A DNA stretch of 64,000 nucleotides from Methanomassiliicoccaceae archaeon. Lineage in GTDB: Archaea; Thermoplasmatota; Thermoplasmata; Methanomassiliicoccales; UBA472. Shown here one piece after another: positions 19,702 through 29,307 of this stretch. Where the stretch lies: NCBI GenBank assembly GCA_963789555.1, contig CAWBKY010000007.1, forward strand, positions 101,999 through 165,998. Reading direction: 5' to 3'. Position numbers and translations under genes: made by a program. Each line of letters begins with the position of its first letter. Within the stretch, counting starts at the first letter, position 1. Below the pieces are notes generated by a model. That model was given only the letters and a program-made list of their open reading frames with translations. It did no database searches and had not been told where the DNA came from.

Positions 19702-20802
19702 ATGGCAGACACAATGAACCACATCGAGAGGGCAATGGCCTCGATCATGAACCAGCCGGTCGACAGGCTGTCCACCTACCCCATCGCCTGCGGCGTCAAC
19801 CGCAGGCTGGTGGGCGACGGCAAGATGTCCTATCCCGACTGGGCCAACGACCCTAAGAAGTTCGCCGAGGCCGCCATCGCCGGCTACAGGTACTTCGACT
19901 GGGACTGGTACTTCGGCCTCATGGACCTGTCCGTCATGGCCGGCGACATCGGTTGCCACGTGCGCATGGACGACCAGAACACCCCGTTCGTGGACAAGAC
20001 CATCATCCACAACCCGGAGGACTATGAGAAGCTGCACGTCCCGGACGTGCACAAGGGCCGCTGCGGCGTCATCATCGAGGGCACCAAGATCTTCTCGGAG
20101 AAGCTGAAGAACGACATCATCACCTCCGGCTTCATCGAGGGCCCGCTGCTCGCGCTGACGCAGACCGCCGGCGCGGAGAAGGTGTTCATGGACATGATCA
20201 ACAACCGGTCCGCCGTGCACAAGGGCCTGGAGACCATGACCCAGTTCGACGTCGACTTCACCAACGCCTTCGCCACCACCACCGCCCCCGGCCTGTGCTG
20301 GGACTACCTGTGGGGCAACTACTCCTGCCTGGGCGACAAGGAGTACGACGAGTTCGAGGGCCAGCACAAGTACGCCGGCAAGCTGAACGAGCTGACCACC
20401 AAGGTAGGCAAGGCCTTCTGCATACACAACTGCGCCGACCTGCCCCACCTGGACAGCCAGATCAAGGCCTTCAAGCCAGTGATCTACAGCATGGCCTACT
20501 ACCCGCTCATCCCCGGAAGCCCATCGCCCAAGGAGGCCATCGGCAAGGGCTACGCGGACAGCTGCCTGCTCGCCGGGCAGATCGACCCCCAGCTCTTCGT
20601 GCGCGGCACCGTGGAGAAGATGGAGGCCACCACCATGAAGCTGATCCAGGAAGTGAAGACGGCGCTGTGCCAGCGCGGCCTGCACTCCCGGTACGTGATC
20701 GCTTCCGGTTGCGAGGTCCCGCCCGCCGTCAGCACCAAGATCGAGAACATCAAGGCCTGCGTCGACACCGTGAAGAAGTACGGCCAGATCCAGTGCGCTT
20801 AA
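19702..20802 (+). CDS. methylcobamide:CoM methyltransferase family (MT2; MtaA/MtbA-like, URO-D fold)
   Basis: URO-D-family length and layout. Candidate zinc ligands in CIHNCADL (H-x-C) and IASGCEVP. GGTGAGG lies just upstream of the ATG at 19702 (the ORF track opens at GTG 19693). Confidence 0.7.
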   Translation: MADTMNHIERAMASIMNQPVDRLSTYPIACGVNRRLVGDGKMSYPDWANDPKKFAEAAIAGYRYFDWDWYFGLMDLSVMAGDIGCHVRMDDQNTPFVDKTIIHNPEDYEKLHVPDVHKGRCGVIIEGTKIFSEKLKNDIITSGFIEGPLLALTQTAGAEKVFMDMINNRSAVHKGLETMTQFDVDFTNAFATTTAPGLCWDYLWGNYSCLGDKEYDEFEGQHKYAGKLNELTTKVGKAFCIHNCADLPHLDSQIKAFKPVIYSMAYYPLIPGSPSPKEAIGKGYADSCLLAGQIDPQLFVRGTVEKMEATTMKLIQEVKTALCQRGLHSRYVIASGCEVPPAVSTKIENIKACVDTVKKYGQIQCA

Positions 20803-20809
20803 ACCCTTT

Positions 20810-20840
20810 AAGGGGCGCAAGGCCCCTTCTATCCATTTTT
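20810..20840. terminator. GC hairpin plus T5 between convergent genes
   Basis: AAGGGGC (20810-20816), 5-nt loop, GCCCCTT (20822-20828), followed by TTTTT at 20836-20840. It lies between the MT2 stop (20802) and the stop of the convergent hydrolase (20839-20841). Confidence 0.5.
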
Positions 20841-21742
20841 ACACGGACCTATCGACATTAGGATCTTCTATCTTGGCGAGGAACGAACGAATGATGTCCA
20901 GATAATCGCTGGGGTTCTCCAATTGAGGATTGTGCGACGCATCCTTCACAATCTCCAGCTCAGAGCCAGGCACGAGCCGGTGATAGTACCTGGTGCTCTC
21001 CGGGCAGGCATCGTCATACTCGCCGCAGATGAAAAGGGTGGGAACGTCGATCCTGAGCCAACTGATCGGTGCAATCGAAGTTTTGCATATAACCGGTTAT
21101 CTTGAAGTCCCTCCAACCCAGGAAATGGTCCGCGATCTCCCGAGAGCTCTTCGAATGCGCTCTTTTCATGCACTCAGGAGGCGGCTCCACCCGGCAAAGG
21201 TGCCGTCGGTTGTACGCTCGGACCGCGCGTTTGAACTCAGGCCTGGAGGTATCGCCTGACACCTCGCCCATGCGTACCGCCTCCCTGAGCTCTAAAGGCA
21301 TCTGTTCCAGATATCTTCGCATGTCATCGTAGGAGCGCGGTATGCTCATGGAAGGGCTGGAAAGGACCATGCTCTTTACCCCTTGAGGCCTCAAGGACGC
21401 ATAATAGTTCACCACCAGGATGCTCCCCCAGGAATGTCCGAACAGATGGACCTCTTCCAGGCCGAGGTGTTCCCGGATCAACACCACCTCTTCCACGAAT
21501 CTCTCCAGCGTCCATAGGGATAGGTCGCTTGACCGGTCCGAGTTGCCGCAACCGAGCTGGTCGTAGAAGATGATCGGCCTCTCCTCGCCGAGCACCTGCA
21601 TCGGCTCAAGGTAATCGTGGGGGAAACCGGGGCCGCCATGAACGACCAGCAGGGGAGCGCCCGGTCCATTTCCGACCACCTTGTACCAAACGCTCCCTCC
21701 GGTGACCTGAACGCGACCCTCACCCGATCTCGGTCCACTCAT
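20839..21742 (-). CDS. alpha/beta hydrolase, proline iminopeptidase family; apparent 1-nt frame break near 21050
   Basis: VVHGGPGFPHDY, nucleophile elbow GHSWGS. After LAQ the frame fails. My translation one frame over gives IDVPTLFICGEYDDACPESTRYYHRLVPGSELEIVKDASHNPQLENP, the expected Asp/His C-terminal part. Confidence 0.75.
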
Positions 21743-21878
21743 CGCGACAGCATCTGATTAGGTCACGATAAGATGTTCGGACGGTCCCAATTTCCTGCGA
21801 ACATCAAACGGTCTTTGGTCCGACCGCTCCAACCTATATATCAGGCGTTACTATTGCCATCATAACGAAGGCAGGCCC

Positions 21879-22643
21879 ATGATCAACGTCTATTTCGTCG
21901 GCACAGCGGGAAGCGGGAAGAGCACCCTGGTATACGCGTTCCAACAGTGGATGACGCTGCAGGGCCTGGACACGATAACGGTGAACCTCGACCCCGGGGC
22001 GGAGCAGATACCATACGAGCCAGACGTCGATATCAGGGACTGGGTCAAGGTCGAGGAGGTCATGAGGGATTACGGGCTGGGCCCGAACGGGGCGCAGATC
22101 GTGTGCGCGGACCTCATGGCCTTGAACTCCAAGGAGCTGGTCGAGACAGTGGAGAAGTTCCGCACCAACTACGTTCTCATCGATACCCCGGGCCAGATCG
22201 AGCTCTTCGCCTTCAGGCAGTCCAGCCAGGTGATCATAGACGCCTTGGGCAGGGACCAATCCTTCTTGGCATTCCTCTCCGACCCAGCATTGGCCAGGAC
22301 CGCTTCGGGATATGTCTCGATGCTCATGCTCTGCGCCACCGTGCACTTCCGTTTCAACATCCCCTTCATCAACCTGCTCTCCAAGTCCGACACCTTGGCC
22401 GAGAAGGACCTGCTCCGCGTGCTCGACTGGTCGCAGGAGCCTGACGCATTATACGATGGCCTGATGCAGGAGCAGGCATCCAGCCGGAGCGTGCTCTCCA
22501 ACGAGCTTTTCTATGCCCTGCAGAACATCGGGGTGTACCGGGAGTTGACCCCGGTATCGAGCGAGATCCCCTTTGGTCTGGAGGAATTGTACAACATCAT
22601 CCAACAGTCATATGAGGGAGGAGAGGACCTCAGCAGGGATTGA
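21879..22643 (+). CDS. GPN-loop GTPase
   Basis: VGTAGSGKST P-loop, GLGPNGA (GPN motif), LIDTPGQIELF. Size and layout match the archaeal GPN-loop GTPases. CCTATATATC lies ~40 nt upstream. Confidence 0.85.
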   Translation: MINVYFVGTAGSGKSTLVYAFQQWMTLQGLDTITVNLDPGAEQIPYEPDVDIRDWVKVEEVMRDYGLGPNGAQIVCADLMALNSKELVETVEKFRTNYVLIDTPGQIELFAFRQSSQVIIDALGRDQSFLAFLSDPALARTASGYVSMLMLCATVHFRFNIPFINLLSKSDTLAEKDLLRVLDWSQEPDALYDGLMQEQASSRSVLSNELFYALQNIGVYRELTPVSSEIPFGLEELYNIIQQSYEGGEDLSRD

Positions 22644-22685
22644 GGCGCCAACGAGCGATATGACCGTTCGTCAACAGGTGAGCAT

Positions 22686-22856
22686 ATGTGGCCTTGGAAG
22701 AAGGAGGGTAAGGTGGAGAGGAGGAAGGTGGGGACATACCACTGCCCCAAATGCAACTCCACGAACATCGAACAGGAGGTGGCCCTGACCGGATACATCA
22801 TCATCGGTCGTTCCCTGGTCTACCACTGTCACGATTGCGAGTATCGAGGGATGATC
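22686..22856 (+). pseudogene. small zinc-ribbon protein gene lacking its 3' end and stop codon
   Basis: AGGTGAG SD-like sequence then [60 protein letters not shown] has two CxxC pairs. Beyond ~22856 the open frame is simply antisense to PAN with no plausible protein sequence. Confidence 0.45.
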
Positions 22857-23588
22857 GATGCTGGGGGACTTATCCTTGGCCATCTCGAACAGCTCGCGCA
22901 CCAGGCGGGCACCCTCTCCGATGTACTTCTGCACCAGCTCGGACCCGACCATGCGGATGAAGGTGGCGTTGGTCTGGTGGGCCACCGCTTTGGCGAGCAG
23001 GGTCTTCCCCGTTCCCGGGGGTCCGACCAGCAGCACCCCTTTCGGAGGCTCGATCCCCACGCGCTTGTACAGCTCAGGCCGGAGCAGTGGGTCCTCCACC
23101 GCCTCCCGGATCTCTCGTATCTGCTCCTCCAGGCCGCCGATGTCGTTATAGCTGATGGCGGGCTTCTCCACGATCTCCGCCCCGATGACGATGGGGTCCA
23201 AGGAGGCCGGCAGCACCGACATCACTGCCAAGGTCTGCTTGTTGAGAGCGACGCGCGCGCCGACGGTTATGTCCTCTGTAGGCACGTACTCCGAGGTGGA
23301 AACGATGAAGTCCGGGCCGGTCGAGCTCTTGACGATGACCCGGCCATCCACAAGGACGTCCTTTATGGAACCGATGATGAGCGGCGGGGACTTGAGGCGC
23401 TCCATCTCCGAGCGCATCCTCTTGATCTCCTTCTGCAGGCGGAATAGCTCGCTCTCGACATAGCGCTTCTCGCCTTCCACCCGCCTTACCTCTTCCAATA
23501 GCTCGGCGTTCTGTCTTTCCAGATGCTCCAGTTTCTGTTTCATCTCTTTGTAAAGATAATCGTCGAGCTGCTCATCGGTCACTATCAC
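22857..23588 (-). pseudogene. pan: proteasome-activating nucleotidase, truncated after ~244 aa (no Walker B, sensor or C-terminal motif)
   Basis: Coiled coil, OB region and [61 protein letters not shown] are intact. The expected IFIDEIDA... does not follow in any of the three minus frames. GTG start, with TTTAATAAAG ~20 nt upstream. Confidence 0.8.
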
Positions 23589-23803
23589 ACCTCGTCAATT
23601 CCACTTTATTAAAGGGTTTGCTATTTTATCCTTTCGTGTTATTTCACAAACGATAGCATCCTTTCTGGACCCGGGTCAGGTCCAGCCGCATCGCTCGTTC
23701 ATTTCTCCGAATGGAAAATTAACGTTCACAAGCCCTCCCTGCGTCCCGGCCCGGCTAGAAATTGAAAAAGATTATTAAAGTCGGGCCCGTTAGATGCGAC
23801 CGG

Positions 23804-24304
23804 GTGAACGACTTGATCTGCGAGCTCTGTGGAAAGGAAACGACCAGGACCGACCCAGTGCAAATCGAGGGAACGACCTTGCGCGTTTGCAAGGATTGCT
23901 CCAAGTTCGGGGACCAGGCCAAGCAAGGGGCGAAGGAGCAACCGAGCAAGATCATCATCCAGTCGCGCCTGGAGAACCGGGAGCGGCGTATGAAGTCGAA
24001 GGACGTGTACGAGTCGGAGACGGTGAACGAACTGGCCGACGACTATCCTGAGCGCATCCGCCACGCCAGGGAGCAACATGGGTGGAACCAGGAAGAGCTG
24101 GCCCAGAAGATGAGCGAGAAGCACAGCCTGGTGCAGAAGGTGGAGCGGGGCGACATCAAGCCCGACGACGTCCTGGTGAAGAAGTTCGAGAAGACCTTGG
24201 GGGTCAGCCTGATGGAGAAGGTCTCCCTCGTCAAGCCGGAGAAGAAGGCGGTGGCGGGAAAGGGCATGACGCTGGAGGACTTCATCAAGACCAGCAAGAA
24301 GTGA
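23804..24304 (+). CDS. mbf1: archaeal MBF1 (zinc ribbon plus XRE-type HTH)
   Basis: ICELCGKE...LRVCKDCSKFG zinc ribbon, then IRHAREQHGWNQEELAQKMSEKHSLVQKVERGDIKP HTH. The ORF opens at 23762. I prefer GTG 23804 or TTG 23813 because ATTATTAAAG (23771-23780) would then be a TATA box for a leaderless mRNA. Confidence 0.8.
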   Translation: MNDLICELCGKETTRTDPVQIEGTTLRVCKDCSKFGDQAKQGAKEQPSKIIIQSRLENRERRMKSKDVYESETVNELADDYPERIRHAREQHGWNQEELAQKMSEKHSLVQKVERGDIKPDDVLVKKFEKTLGVSLMEKVSLVKPEKKAVAGKGMTLEDFIKTSKK

Positions 24305-24310
24305 TGCCCC

Positions 24311-24881
24311 TCACTTCTTGAGAATTTCCTCTCTAGTGATGTCATAATACTTGGAGACGTCCATCCCCAGGTCCCTCGCCACGATCAGCGCGGCCACTTC
24401 GGGCACCACCCCAAAGCGCTCCTGCAGCTTGTTGATGCGGGAGACCACGTCCTTCTTCTTGATCTGGGTCTTCTGTGAGATGTCCTCGATGAGAACGGTA
24501 AAAAGTGGTACGTCAGCGACGGGGGCGGTACGCGTCTCTTGAGTCGGTCAAGGGCTGGGGCTCCTTGACCCCCTCGTTCTTCGAGGTCGGAGCGGCCCCG
24601 ATCTCCTTGAGCACTTCGCTGGAGGGCTGGTAGTTCAGAGGTATGTCGATGGAGCGGTAATCGAAAGCGGGCTGGAGCATCCCCTCCTTGGTGATGAGCA
24701 GTCCGCTGGACTTGGCCGCGTCCAGGATCCTCTGGGCATCCTTGGCCTCGATCTTCGGGGCCTTCCCGGGGTCGCTCCAGCGCATATTGAAGAGCAAGGT
24801 GTTCAGGAACTCCTTCTCGGAGACCAGGTTCTTGCCCTTGCGCTTATAGACGATGGCGACCGTCCTCTCTAGCTCACCCAT
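24311..24881 (-). CDS. DUF2240-like protein; apparent frame break near 24540
   Basis: ORF 24513..24881 (ELERTVAIVYKRKGKNLVSEKEFLNTLLFNMRWSDPGKAPKIEAKDAQRILDAAKSSGLL) stops early. My translation one frame over continues VPLFTVLIEDISQKTQIKKKDVVSRINKLQERFGVVPEVAALIVARDLGMDV...EEILKK to a stop at 24311. The family call is from memory. Confidence 0.45.
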
Positions 24882-25152
24882 GGAAAACCCTCCGACAAGT
24901 CAGGCTCAGTGATGTCGCCACGCAATTTATTGATTGCCCTCGTCACCTCTTCCGGGCCTCCTTTGGACAAGCACCCAAAATTTGACCGGTGGAAAAGGAC
25001 GGTAGCCAGAGGGTCATCTGATAGCCCAGCTCCATCATGATATAATCGTGGGCCGACGGGATATTATTATATAGAAGAACAAACATTCCAAGGCCGCATC
25101 TAGCGTTCAGGCTAGGATTTGTCTGTTAGATATGATTTAGGAGGTAAGTGAA

Positions 25153-26793
25153 ATGGCAATGGGAAACACACCGATACTGATCCTCAGGGAGGGCACAAAG
25201 CGCGACAGGGGCAAGGACGCCCAGTTCAACAACATCCAGGCGGCCAGGGCCATCGCTGACGCGGTTCGCAGCACCCTCGGACCCCGGGGCATGGACAAAA
25301 TGCTCGTGGATTCCATGGGGGACGTAACGATCACCAACGATGGGGTAACCATCCTGAAGGAGATCGATGTCGACCACCCCGCCGCCAAGATGCTGGTGGA
25401 GGTCGCCAAGACCCAGGATGAGCAGTGCGGAGATGGGACCACCACCGCCGTCGTTCTGGCCGGCGAGCTGTTGAAGAAGTCCGTCGACCTGGTCGACGCC
25501 AACGTACACCCCACCATAATCACCAACGGTTACAGATTGGCCGCCATCAAGGCCCTGGAGGTAATGGACTCTGTGGCCATGGACGTCGGGCCCAACGACA
25601 GGGAGACCCTGGTCAAGATCGCCCAGACCGCCATGATGAGCAAGCAGGTGGTCGGCTCCAAGGAGCTGATGGGCGACATATCCGTCGACGCGGTCCGCCG
25701 CGTCGCCGAGAAGGTCAGCGGCAAGTACGTCGTTGACATGGACAACATCCAGGTGGTCAAGAAGACCGGCGGTTCCATGGACGACACCACCCTCATCGAG
25801 GGCATCATCGTCGACAAGGAACCGGTACACCCGGCCATGCCCCGCCGCATCGAGAAGGCCAAGATCGCCCTGCTCGACGCCGCTCTGGAGATCAAGAAGA
25901 CCGAGACCGACGCCAAGATCGAGATAACCGACCCCATGCAGATGCAGGCATTCCTCGACGAGGAGGAGAAGTATCTGCGCAAGATCGTGGAGACCATCAA
26001 GGCCTCGGGCGCCAACGCCGTCTTCTGCCAGAAGGGCATCGACGACCTGGTGCAGCACTTCCTCGCCAAGGAGAAGATCTATGCCGCTCGCCGCGTCAAG
26101 AAGAGCGACATGGAGAAGCTGGCCAAGGCCACCGGAGCCCAACTGATCACCAAGATCGACGAGCTCAACGCCGACGACCTGGGCAAGGCCGCCCTGTTGG
26201 AGGTCAAGAAGATCCAGGACGAGGAGATGACCTTCGTCACCGGTTGCAAGAACCCCAAGGCCCTGAGCATCCTGATCCGGGCCGGGACCCAGCACGTGGT
26301 CGATGAGATCGAGCGCTCCCTTGACGACGCCATGTCCGTGGTCGCCGTGGCCATCGAGGAAGGCCGCATGCTGACCGGCGGCGGTTCCACCGCTGTCGAG
26401 CTGGCCATGAGGCTTCGCGAGTACTCCGCCACCGTCGGCGGGCGCGAGCAGATCGCCATCGACGCCTTCGCATCCGCCATGGAGGTCATCCCGACCGCCC
26501 TGGCCGAGAACGCTGGCCTCGACCCGATCGACATCCTCATCGAGCTGCGCAAGGCCCACAAGACCGGCAAGACCCACTTCGGCCTGAACGTGTACTCCGG
26601 AAAGGTGGAGGACATGCTCAAGCTGAACGTCCTTGAGCCCATCTGCGTCGGAAGGCAGGCCATCATGTCCGCCACCGACGCTGCCGTCATGATCCTCAGG
26701 ATCGATGACGTGATCGCCTCCAAGGGCGGTCCTGGCATGGGCGGAATGGGCGGAATGGGCGGCGGAATGCCTGGCGCGGGCGAAGACGACTAA
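25153..26793 (+). CDS. ths: thermosome subunit (group II chaperonin)
   Basis: [66 protein letters not shown]-terminal [10 protein letters not shown] tail encoded by ATGGGCGGA repeats. GGAGGT lies 8 nt upstream of the ATG. Confidence 0.95.
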   Translation: MAMGNTPILILREGTKRDRGKDAQFNNIQAARAIADAVRSTLGPRGMDKMLVDSMGDVTITNDGVTILKEIDVDHPAAKMLVEVAKTQDEQCGDGTTTAVVLAGELLKKSVDLVDANVHPTIITNGYRLAAIKALEVMDSVAMDVGPNDRETLVKIAQTAMMSKQVVGSKELMGDISVDAVRRVAEKVSGKYVVDMDNIQVVKKTGGSMDDTTLIEGIIVDKEPVHPAMPRRIEKAKIALLDAALEIKKTETDAKIEITDPMQMQAFLDEEEKYLRKIVETIKASGANAVFCQKGIDDLVQHFLAKEKIYAARRVKKSDMEKLAKATGAQLITKIDELNADDLGKAALLEVKKIQDEEMTFVTGCKNPKALSILIRAGTQHVVDEIERSLDDAMSVVAVAIEEGRMLTGGGSTAVELAMRLREYSATVGGREQIAIDAFASAMEVIPTALAENAGLDPIDILIELRKAHKTGKTHFGLNVYSGKVEDMLKLNVLEPICVGRQAIMSATDAAVMILRIDDVIASKGGPGMGGMGGMGGGMPGAGEDD

Positions 26794-26805
26794 ACACATT
26801 CCATA

Positions 26806-26827
26806 GGGAGGGGCAAAGGCCCCTCCC
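26806..26827 (+). terminator. perfect 9-bp GC hairpin after the thermosome gene
   Basis: GGGAGGGGC (26806-26814), 4-nt loop, GCCCCTCCC (26819-26827), 13 nt after the stop codon. Confidence 0.5.
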
Positions 26828-26873
26828 ATCACAAACCTATTAACCCAGGATTCCCCAATAAGATTTTAAAAAA

Positions 26874-27430
26874 ATGGTCAGGATGGGCAATAAAATGGTC
26901 GAGGACGCTGACGAGAGCGGCGAAGAGGCCATCACCAGCGAGGGGAACGAGCTGGAGGAGTTGCGCAAGGAGCTGGACGACACCCGACAGGTCTCTGGCG
27001 ACAGAGAACGCCAGGAGCCGGGAGGTGCTGGACATGGCCAAGCGCATCCAGGCCGACTTCGACAATTACAAGAAGAGGGTCGGTCCGGGAGAGGGAGGAC
27101 ATCGTCCGGGCGGCCAACGACAAGCTCGTCCTGGAGCTCCTCAGCACGCTCGACGACCTGGACCGGGCCACCGAGACCGATTGGGACGAGGCCGAGCTGC
27201 GCGCCGGCATCGGGCAGATAAGAAGCAACTTCCTATCATTACTGAAAGGACATGGCCTCAGGGAGATCCCCAACGAAATGTTCGACCCCCAGTACCACGA
27301 GGCATTCTCGGTGGGCGAGGGAGAGGACGGGGCCGTCATAGAGGTCTATCAGAAGGGCTATTGCCTCGGCCCGAGGGTATTGAGGCATTCTAAAGTCAAA
27401 GTGGGAAAGAGCAAGGAGAAAGGTGAGTAA
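26874..27430 (+). CDS. grpE: nucleotide exchange factor GrpE; two apparent +1 frame breaks (~26988 and ~27084)
   Basis: Frame 1: ...[11 protein letters not shown]. Frame 2: [30 protein letters not shown]. Frame 3: [28 protein letters not shown]...[41 protein letters not shown], stop at 27430. A TTTTAAAAAAA run at 26862-26874 could make ATG 26895 the real start. Confidence 0.8.
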
Positions 27431-27431
27431 A

Positions 27432-29292
27432 ATGGCTAAGATCATCGGAATAGATCTGGGCACGAGCAACTCAGCCGCAGCCGTCATGGAGGGCGGTCGA
27501 CCGAGCATCATCCCCAGCGCCGAGGGCACCAGCATCGGTGGCAAGGCTTTCCCGTCCTACGTGGCGTTCACGAAGGACGGTCAGTTGTTGGTGGGCGAAC
27601 CGGCCCGCCGTCAGGCCGTCTCCAACCCGGAGGGGACCATCGCCGCGATCAAACGCAAGATGGGGACCGACTACAAGGTCTCCGCGGTCGGCAAAGAGTA
27701 CACCCCCCAGCAGATATCGGCCTTCATCCTGCAGAAGATAAAGCGCGATGCCGAGGCCTATCTGGGCGAGACCGTCACCAAAGCGGTCATCACCGTGCCG
27801 GCCTACTTCAACGACAACCAGCGCACCGCCACCAAGGACGCCGGCGCCATCGCCGGACTGGAAGTGGTGCGCATCATCAACGAACCCACCGCGGCGGCCT
27901 TGGCATACGGTCTGGACAAGACGGGCAAGGCCCAGAAGATCATGGTCTTCGACCTTGGCGGCGGTACGTTGGACGTGACCATCATGGACTTCAGCGAGGG
28001 CGTCTTCGAGGTCATCTCCACCAGCGGCGACACGCAGCTGGGCGGGACGGACATGGACGAGACGCTCATCCGTTACGTAGCATCCACCTTCCGCAAGGAG
28101 AGCGGCATCGACCTCACCGCCGACAAGATGGCCATGTGGCGCGTGCGCGAGGCCTGCGAGAAGGCCAAGATCGAGCTCAGCACCACCATGCAGACCGAGA
28201 TCAACCTGCCGTTCATCTCCGCCGACGCCACAGGGCCGAAGCACCTCTCCATGAACCTGAGCCGAGCCACCCTGGAGGAGCTCATCCGCCCCATTGTGGA
28301 ACGCTGCCGGGGTCCAATGATGAACGCCCTGAACGACGCCAAGCTCACCGCGGACAAGGTGGACTCGGTCATCCTCGTGGGCGGTCCGACCCGCATGCCC
28401 ATGGTGCAGAAGTTCGTGGAAGGTTTAGTGGGCAGCAAGATCCAGCGCGGCGTGGACCCGATGGAGTGCGTGGCCATGGGCGCGGCCATCCAGGCCGCCG
28501 TCCTATCTGGCGAGGTGAAGGACGTCCTCCTGCTCGATGTGACGCCCCTCTCGCTGAGCATCGAGACCTTGGGCGGCGTGGCGACGAGGCTCATCGAGCG
28601 CAACACCACCATCCCTACCCGCAAGTCGCAGGTCTTCAGCACCGCGGCGGACGGGCAGTCCAGCGTGGAGATCCACGTCATGCAGGGGGAGAGGCCCATG
28701 TCCCATGACAACACCTCGCTGGGCCGTTTCATTCTCTCCGGCATCCCTCCCGCGCCGCGGGGCATGCCTCAGATAGAGGTCACCTTCGACATCGACGCCA
28801 ACGGCATAATCAACGTCACCGCCAAGGACCTAGGCACGGGGAAGCAGGCCGCCATCACCATCACCGCCAGCACCAAGCTCTCCAAGGAGGAGATCGAGCG
28901 CATGGTCAAGAACGCGGAGCAGTTCGCCGATCAGGACAAGACGCAGAGGGAGAAGGTGGAGACCACCAACCAGGCGGAGCAGCTCGTCTACACCACCGAG
29001 AAGGCGCTTGCAGGAACTGGGCGCCCAGGTCACCAACGAGGAGCGGGTCAAGGTGGAACAGGCGGTCAGCGCTCTCAAGGACGAGATAAAGAAGGGCGAC
29101 ACCGCATCCATCAAAGCGAAGATGGACGCCCTCTCCAAGGAGTTCTATGCCATCTCCACCCGCATCTATCAGAACGTGCAGCACCAGCAGCAGCAACAAC
29201 AGCAACAGCAGCAGGCCCCGGGCGGCCAGCAGAACCCGGACGGCTCGGTGGACGCCGAGTACAAGATCATCGACGACGATGACAAGAAGTAG
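27432..29292 (+). CDS. dnaK: Hsp70 chaperone DnaK; one apparent frame break at ~29005-29010
   Basis: [36 protein letters not shown] and [11 protein letters not shown] are all present. After TTEKAL the frame fails. ORF 29008..29292 supplies the true C-terminus [19 protein letters not shown]...[12 protein letters not shown]. Confidence 0.9.
29185..29214 (+). repeat. 10-codon CAG/CAA (poly-Gln) run in the DnaK C-terminal tail
   Basis: cag cag cag caa caa cag caa cag cag cag, encoding Q10, preceded by QH and followed by [10 protein letters not shown]. Confidence 0.9.
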
Positions 29293-29307
29293 GAAAGCTG
29301 AGACCTG

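Noticed and set aside
26745-26775. Short tandem ATGGGCGGA repeats, considered as a possible CRISPR or microsatellite
   Set aside because: They lie in frame inside the thermosome gene and encode the GGM-repeat C-terminal tail typical of chaperonins. No spacer-repeat architecture was seen anywhere in the window.
25126-26832. 568-aa ORF antisense to the thermosome gene. Similar long antisense or out-of-frame ORFs occur at 19429..20820, 40118..41305, 32323..33420, 33922..35370, 62368..63072 and 11512..12447.
   Set aside because: They lie exactly opposite or out of frame to strongly conserved genes. Their products are low-complexity (G, L, D, H, V, R-rich) with no motifs. They are the expected stop-codon-poor shadows of GC3-rich coding sequence.
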